A stretch of 59,413 nucleotides of DNA, the filler included, from Platydemus manokwari (Eukaryota): the NCBI GenBank assembly GCA_037951405.1. It is 5 parts of 5 records of this genome, joined end to end, with 100 filler letters (N's around TTAATTAATTAA, not from the genome) between each part and the next. Parts side by side here need not be neighbours in the genome. Positions count along the whole stretch, not along the records: positions 43,248 to 59,413 come from JBBMOY011205876.1; 4 more parts are not named here. One strand, written 5' to 3'. Each line of letters starts with the position of its first letter. Positions within the stretch are counted from its first letter, which is position 1. This document shows positions 51,266 through 59,413 of this stretch, one piece after another. The notes beneath the pieces were generated by a model, which saw only the letters and a program-made list of their open reading frames with translations, was not told where the DNA came from and did not search any database. The translations under genes were made by a program, and so were the position numbers.

Positions 51266-51595
51266 ATGACTAGTAAGAATTATTCGAAATTTTTTCGATT
51301 TTTCTTGAATTATTAAATTTATTTAAAATCCATATTTAAATTCATTAATTTATAACATTTAGGAGGAAATCAACGTGAATTAGCACGCGAGAGAAACTTG
51401 AAAAAGCAAAATAAAGCACTAAGTTCTAAAGAAACTTCTTCCAACAAAGGATTAACTTTGGAAGAAAGAAGATTAAGGTTTTTATAAATGGGTTTATTTA
51501 TAACTTTAAATTATGAAAATAGAGACGCTCAAGCATTAAAAGCCAAGCAAGAGGCTAAGAAAAATGCTACTGAAAATCAGCAAGTAACGAAATGA
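51266..51595 (+). CDS. SERF: small EDRK-rich factor (SERF/4F5/MOAG-4), 64 aa, 3 exons
   Basis: Exons 51266-51272, 51363-51477 and 51523-51595 with GT-AG introns give MTRGNQRELARERNLKKQNKALSSKETSSNKGLTLEERRLRDAQALKAKQEAKKNATENQQVTK*. MTRGNQRELAR is the family hallmark. Confidence 0.95.
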
Positions 51596-51664
51596 ATGTT
51601 AATCGATGCCAAACGTGCATGTTTATATTTGTTTTTATAATCAACTTACTTAATTGGTTTCGAG

Positions 51665-51670
51665 AATAAA
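51665..51670 (+). terminator. candidate polyadenylation signal of SERF
   Basis: AATAAA 70 nt after the stop codon; the hexamer is common in AT-rich DNA. Confidence 0.5.
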
Positions 51671-54600
51671 ATTGTCACCAAATTGATGTAATTTGTCCTC
51701 AAATCTTGCTATTGTTGAACTCATTTTTATAATGAATTATTAATTGTAATGCGGTTCAGGAAATGTAAATTAATTTAAAAATAAACTTGATCTTATTGCT
51801 TTTATCTTAATTTCAAATTAATTATTTTAATTACGTATGTGAAATGAAATCACTCTTAGTCAAATACATCCTAAGTTATGATTAAAAATTTACCAAATCG
51901 GAAATTATTTTAATACAAATAATCTTTATTTCAGAGATACGGATGAAATGTTTCATGATTAGGAATTGATGTTAAAAATATTATTTTCTGTTTTCATAAT
52001 TTAAAATCAGGTTGATTAAATATCAAATGATAAATTATGATAAAATTATATTTCGTTAAAATTGTTTTGCAGTTATTAGTAATAGTATAATTCATATTTG
52101 ATCAGGTTACTATTTATATTTTTTATTATTATTCTTCGCATCAGAATGCATACAAAAATCGACTGCAATAACACTCTTTTAAATGTTTCTGTGGCTGTCT
52201 GTCAATTTTGCTGTTAGTGTTTTGTGTTTCTTACAATTATTAAAAATATTATGTCAGCTTATTTTCCAGGGTATTCAAAATTTAAAAAATCATAATCACG
52301 GACCTTGAGTCGAAGCCGTACCCAGTGACACAAGTCATGATGACTACAATATACACGTATTAATATCTTTTGGAATGTCACACTTGTTAACACACTTAAT
52401 TGAAAATTATTTTAACATTTTCTTATTATATGGCCACAGTTTTAAATATGATTGATATATAATGAATAAGTCTAATGACAATTTTTATTCATTAAATTAT
52501 AAGTTATATTTATTACCTCCATCGATTATTGTATCTTCGAAGAATATATAGCTAAAATAATTGAATTGATAAATTGAAAATAAAAGAAATACAAAAAAAT
52601 ATTGCCGAAATTTGTTTTATTATTCAAAAAGTGAACTATACGATATCGTGTTTCATTCTTTCGGAAAGTACAGTATTCGTTATCTTTAAAAACAATTTCT
52701 TCAAAAGAAAATTTTGTAATATATTTTTATTCTACTCTTCATCAACCACGCAAAATTAAAAAGAAAATGGAGAATGTAAATATTTTATGGACAGACAATT
52801 AGTACAAAGTGCATGGTCAACCATATCAAGATGATCTTTTTCGAATAAAGATGTAGTATTCTTGATTGCTTTGTATTTACTTTAGGAAAATGAAACATAA
52901 TTAACTAAATTTTGATAAACTTGATCTGCCAATTTTTTTAACGAATAAACAAAATAATTTAATTAATTAAAACATTAAACTCTGAAGTCATCAATAAAAA
53001 ATTGACAATAAAGGCTTTATCCATGTCAAAGATTCGGAATTATAACTACAATTTATGATTTGTCTTATTTTAACTTATCAATTTAGTACCAAAACCTTTA
53101 GTTGTTTTTCTCAATAGTAAAAACAATTGATAAAATAATCACAGATCAAAATACTTGTAAGCACAAATTAGAATTCATAGTCGTGTGTTTGAAATATTAT
53201 AAAATACATAAATGATATAGATTCACGATTCGTTATCAATAGAAAACCTAGTATTGTCTAAATGTAAAATCAAAAGTTTTAAATTTAAAAATAATATGCT
53301 ATAACCTGGAAATAAAAACATTAAAAATTGAAATTAAATAATACTCGAAAATACAATGTTTTTTGTTTAAGCCTAATTTACATTTCAAAAGTTAAAATTA
53401 AACAAATGAGGCAAGTCTAATATAGTACACGTAATACTAATTTTACAAAGTTTGAATCAACAATACTAATATGATTTGAACAATTCTGTCAAAAGTCAAT
53501 ATTTCTTTCACTCTTAAATATCACATCTATGCAAAAGTTTCTAACATATAAAAAATACACGTAAGTTCTACAGTCGATATATTAAAATCAACTAAGTTAA
53601 ATCAATTTCAATTTTGCTTTAATGTTTTAAGATAACCATGATTAATATAGTTGGTTTAATTAACGTTAATAAGCAGGCGTGCACTCGGTGATTCTTGCAC
53701 AATACATATCTAATAATATAATTAAATATTGTTTATAATTATGATTGGTTTATGTATTGAATGACGAAGAATCTATAAATCAGATAATCTTGGTTATTGC
53801 TGCTTATTTTCATTAGTATCTCTGAAAATAAACAATTTTAGATATTTCATAACATATAATTTTTATCTTGTGGAAAGATTATAGAATTTTTTCCTGAATA
53901 TTATTAGGTGACTTATTTGTCACTTTTTAAAGCTATTAATATTTACATAATCTATATTCTAATCGTAAGTTAATAATTGACCTAATTTTTAATATATCTA
54001 AATATGATACATGTAAATAAAGCACGTAATCTGGTGGAATCATTAGATATGATTTAAAATATGACCTCTATTAACAATAAAATTTTGATACCCTTATCTA
54101 CAATTGTTCCTGTTTGCTACAGTATAAACTATTTTTTCATGTCTCTACCATTTATGCATATATTTAAGTTCAAGTTTGTAATTTTAATCATCATTTTAAC
54201 TGCAATAATTTATGCCTGTATAAAATTCGTTTAATATAGTGTTTTGCAACAAATTATCTTGTCAACGATTAATATATAATTTTATGATTGATTAAATAAT
54301 ATTTCAGCCGAAGTAAATATTATATTTTATTACTTCAAATTTCAATATTAGAATATTCTCAATCTCAATGATTTCTTTCATTAATTTTTACAGGCTCGCA
54401 GTTCGAATATGTCCGAGTTTAAATTTTGGTATTTATTGTACTAATATAAAAGTTTGACCTTGAATAGTAGATGGGAAAAATTACTTATTAGTATTAAAAT
54501 AATATATATCAAAGAATATTTGGAAGTATCCAAAAAATAGTCAATGATCCATTTCTAAAACAAGTACATAATCAAATCAGTACGGCACTCATTCTCGCCG

Positions 54601-57600
54601 ATTACATCAACTAAAAATGCTCATTAAAAATGCTATGAGAATGGAAATGAATTCCACATCTATAACTCGACAATCCATCACATATGTCACAGAAACGGAT
54701 CTTGCTACAATGGGTAAAATCGAAAAACCATGATCCAAAAAGTCTATCGGCAACAATCAATTTTTACGGTCAGTGACTCTTTAAAGAAGCAACAAGTAAT
54801 CACATTCTTCAAATGTAACCGAATTGGGCATCAATAGCATAATGAACAACAAGAGTTAAAAATAAATGAGACCAGAGTTTATAATCAAGTATCGTTTTAA
54901 ATAACTAGCAGCTAATCAGGTAGAATTTAGATGTAAGATTCTAATTCAAAAAACGGGCATGACTGCACATAACACGCACATTTGGATTGACAAATTCTGA
55001 GCATACAAAAAAATAAATCCAATTGAAATTTGTAATCCAATTCCATAGAAATCGCAAATATAAATACTGATGTAAATATGGCCAACTACCAGTTGAAAGT
55101 CGAATTTTATGTCGTTCTTTTAAATTGATTTATGGAGCTTTTGTGGAATTTTAGAGTCGTTTGTGTACATGTGGTACAATGAAATATAAATTACAACCTT
55201 CAACTCTTTTGGATCAACAATAAAGACAAAGACAGCTGCGATGAATGGTTTAAAATCTAATATAAAAAAATTGAAATTTAGTTTTTAAGCCAATCTAATT
55301 ACTTTTCAAATTTAATCTAAAAATCGATATTGGACGAAAAGAACAAGAGATCAAATTATATTTCCTAAAATGTCATCGGACTGATTTTCAAAAAATAGTA
55401 TAAATCCGAGAGCCATTTATATGAAATTCAGATCCAAAATATTTTGAACAGGATTAATGAATATCATCCACAAAAATTACAAGTGACATTCAACGAACAG
55501 AGTGATTTTTGAAAGTGAAAATAAATTATTAAATCATAGTATTTTTTGTATAAGTTCCACAAGATCTGATGATATTAATGAAAAAATTGTTTATAGAAAC
55601 GATTCATGATCGCGAGTGATAATGGATCAAAGTAGAAATGAGATATATGTAACAATCAATCGAATTAGACAATATTCTATCATAATGTATTTTACATGAT
55701 ATTTCTGGAAAGAATTCCATTTAATCGTAATAAAGAATAAAAAGCATATTTACTTGTTAATTTCTTTTGACAAATGCAGTAATGCAGGCAACACTTACAA
55801 TTGTCACTTTGTTCTCGTCGATATAGTTATTCGGAAACTATACTTTCCAATTAAAAAATTGACATTTATATTCAACATTTATATTTATAAATATGTGAAC
55901 GAATAATTTGATTACGTCATATTTTTATTTATAAAATATTGTTTATTTATACGCGACCTAATTATGTTTAAGAGTCAGATTCTTACCACGGAAACCCAAC
56001 AATAAATGTATTGATAAGTGTCCTAATATTCAAATTTAATTTTCTTTAATCCCACACGTAAAAGTTTTACAAACTATAAACCATATAAGGAAAAATCTAA
56101 TCAATTGAGTGAAGTGTAAGAAAATGACGATTGTGCTGCAAATAAATATATTTATTTTTAAATAAAAGTTGATTTGGTTAATCAAATTATAAATAAAAAC
56201 TCATTTGTTAGGTAATTACATACTTTTAAAGCCAACGTAAGAGACCGAACTAAACCATATATTTGTTAATCTAAAATTCTAAAATGGATGAGTATGAGTT
56301 TAGTTTTGAAATAAAAACCAGAAAAGTTTGTGGAATTTGGCAGCATTACAAATTTTTCAAAGCCTAAAAATGGAATAATCAGATTAGTTGTTAATAATTG
56401 ACCTAAAATAATTAGATAATATTAATCGTAAATAGTTTTCTTTATTCAGACATTGTCCATGTGGATAAAATAAGAAAATAATTTAAAATATCAATCGGGA
56501 ACTTTGTTCTTTATAAAATAACTTAAATAAGAAAGTCTTTTAAATCAACAATGAAATTCATTATTTCCGAAAATCAAATAAAAGTCTTAAAATAATCCCT
56601 CACTTCAATTTTGCAAAATATTTTTTACCTTTACTTTGTATGAGATTGTCAGCCGTTGCACTATTTCTGATTGGTTTAGTTTCGAAGCTCTAAATTATAT
56701 TGAAGATTTATTTGATAATTTTCAGCATATGTTTTGCTGTATAATGAATTAATTTATTGAGAAATCTGTTTCTCAAGATTGCTTAAAGAAAGGTTAAAAT
56801 AACAAATCAATATTGCATTAAATTTCATGAAAATAATTTGAGCATTATACTTATCGATACCATCACCAAAATATCATTATTCAGTTGAGAAACTTTATGA
56901 TACACTTAATAATAAATATTTTTAATACAAACCTCCACATTTTTTCTTAAAACAAAAATGATATCACTTGATCTGAAGAACAATTGAATATATATGGCAT
57001 AATTTTTATTTCTGCATTTTGTATGATAAGATGCAAATGTTGGGTATATCAATCAAACAGGCAAAATATCCACCATAGAAAAAACCCTATATAAACACAT
57101 ACAAATTCAAAATGCTTACTTGTAAACAGACAATCAGATGCTTTCTATATATTAATTCATATATGCAACTCGATAATCATTTGGTACACATAAACAATAA
57201 GCAACAAACATTGATATAAGCCAATAACATGGGAGATAGAACAAAATTTGCTTTATTGAATGAAAAGTAAAATCATCCGTCATAAAGCGAACACACATGA
57301 TAAACCTATTAAAGGAGTTGGATCTCACTAGGATCTCTCAGTTTTTCTTGACCGGAAGTTATTATCTGTCGTGACTTTCTAGCAACTAGTCCTTATAGTT
57401 GTTATCTTTGTCAATATTTAATTTTCGGGTATCGACCCCTCTGTATATTGATTATTGGTTTGACTAACTGGTATGTGATTCCGAATCTAAATATTTAAAG
57501 TTGTAAAATTTGATTTTTATTGAAACACAAATTTTTTTAATATAATATTGAGCTAAATTCAACAGGTAGTGCACATTTAAGACTGTAGCATCCACCTCAA

Positions 57601-58260
57601 AGAAAAAACAATCCAATTATTAATAAAATTTTTGAATTCTTAATCTCAAATATAATCATCAATTCAATAAAAAATTCAGTTAATTACACAATGATTTGAT
57701 CTCTATGTAATTTAAATTTTCCAGTGAGCAATTTTGCCATTTTTTGTAATTTTTATACGACAGAATTTTGAGTAAGACAGTGCTTTTTTATTTTGGATTT
57801 GATCATTTTCACTCAAAAATTTCTTTATTTTGACTTTGTTCTATTGATTTCTAATTAACTTATTCTATAATAATGTATTTTAAAAATGAAATGTCTTAGA
57901 AACTTCAAATGATTTAAATATTCCAATTGCTATGCTAACAGAAACATATAATAATATAAAGATAAATTATTTATTATTATGTATTTGGTTTTGAAAAAAG
58001 AATGAAAAATAATATTGTATAAGAAATGGTTTAAAAATAACATTGAAATGATATCTGAAATCAACTTAATACTCAATATTTCTAATTACAGAATAGACAT
58101 TATTTATATAAAATTGAAAATTTGAAATGTAGTTTGTTATAATTAATCAATGTTACTTAATTTGAAATTTAAAATTAATTTTTAACTGATTAATATTTAG
58201 AAAAATAATAAGAATTCGTGGTTATCTTCTATTAATTTTATTCTAAATCACACTATAATA

Positions 58261-59209
58261 ATGAGTTCTCGAACGGGAATGAGACAGCAAATGGAAAGGC
58301 AAAAAGTAATGGAGGAAGAAAAATCTCGGAATAACAATACTTCCAAAATTTTCCACGATAATTTTAATAGTTCCTACAAAAACACAAATAACGATTCATT
58401 ATCATACAGTGAAAGTTATTTACCTAGTATAAGTCAATCAATTTCAGGTAACAATCGAAATGTAGAATATTGTGACTCATATGCTAACAATCACAATAAC
58501 AATCCTTATAATCATGATCCTCTACATGTAAGGAATTATTCTTTCAATTACTATTTTATTTAATCAAATATAGAATTATTTAGAACCTGATGAATTTATT
58601 ATGAATGCTAACGATTTTAATGGTCAAATAAGGAACATGGAATCCCCTTTCATAATTTCACATGTTAGACTTTCAATTGTTTATTTTATATTAAGTTTTC
58701 TTGATTAATTTTTAAACACTGACATCAATTAAATGTCAATTAATTCAAACTCTCATATAATAAAAAAAATTACTTCCATAATATTAATCTGGTTCATTCT
58801 ATTTATAGCATGGATATCCATTTGAAAAATACAACATACCGCATTACAATACTGATTTTGTCACCGATAATAAATTGGATCAAACAAAACTTACTTGTCA
58901 ATATCATGATATCAGTAATAACAATCTCCCAATACTTCATGACATAAGCAAGAATGAATTTTCATTATCTTGTCCAGTAACAGGAGAACAATCCGATATC
59001 AGTATTAATCATGCTTTGAGCAGCTGTAATTTCGTGCAAACACCAAATTCGTCAGTTCAAGGTCAATTTTTGAATGAAGAACGAAGAAATAGTTTAAAAG
59101 ATCGCAAAAAAGAAAGCCACAATCGCATTGAACGCAAACGACGAGACTTTATCAATCAGCAAATAACGGAATTGAGTTATTTGATTCCACCTCATATGAT
59201 TACGGATGG
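58261..59209 (+). CDS. MITF: MITF/TFE-family bHLH(-ZIP) transcription factor, 5' part (continues beyond window)
   Basis: Exons 58261-58527, 58574-58663 and 58809-59209 splice in frame. N-terminal MSSRTGMRQQMERQKVMEEEK (cf. MTSRILLRQQLMREQ), an SLSCP motif, and basic-helix1 DRKKESHNRIERKRRDFINQQITELSYLIP (cf. [30 protein letters not shown]). Donor GG|gtgag at 59209. Confidence 0.85.
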
Positions 59210-59413
59210 GTGAGCATTGTGATTGATCATTTATAATGCATTGGTTTAAACAATGATTATTTCTTATTAAATATTTTATTATTTATGACGTCATCTTCAT
59301 GATGTCATGATGAAAAATAATATAATCAACACATGTTAGTTATATAATTGCATTATATTATATTATGGTTAATATTATTATTAAATTATTGTTATGTATA
59401 TTATTATTAAATT

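Noticed and set aside
1-59413. tRNA, rRNA, snRNA genes, CRISPR arrays or prokaryotic defence systems
   Set aside because: None recognised. The DNA is eukaryotic; a covariance-model (Rfam) scan would be needed to exclude divergent ncRNAs.

Overview
AT-rich, intron-containing animal genomic DNA from a gapped draft assembly. Short GT-AG introns (many 45-60 nt) and (AAT)n microsatellites suggest an invertebrate such as a planarian flatworm; this is inference only. Six protein-coding genes can be rebuilt by hand: a partial ELKS/ERC (CAST/Bruchpilot family) gene (-), the last two exons of a rabphilin/DOC2-type C2B gene (-), a multi-exon RFX5/7-type transcription factor (+), an intronless 671-aa STRA6/RBPR2-like membrane receptor (+), a 3-exon SERF/MOAG-4 microprotein gene missed by the ORF track (+), and the 5' part of a MITF/TFE bHLH gene (+). 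Mobile DNA: a decayed Tc1/mariner element, a 5'-truncated non-LTR retrotransposon with a restriction-like endonuclease, and a fully bounded 3.4-kb Ty3/gypsy element with 99-bp AGT...ACT LTRs, a tRNA-Arg-like PBS, a PPT and a TATTT target-site duplication, nested inside an older dispersed repeat. Four identical 100-bp N44-TTAATTAATTAA-N44 spacers are artificial joins, so gene order across them is uncertain. I found no clearly new multi-gene system. The best leads are the invertebrate intronless STRA6-like gene and the two retroelements. All family assignments come from recalled motifs, not database searches.
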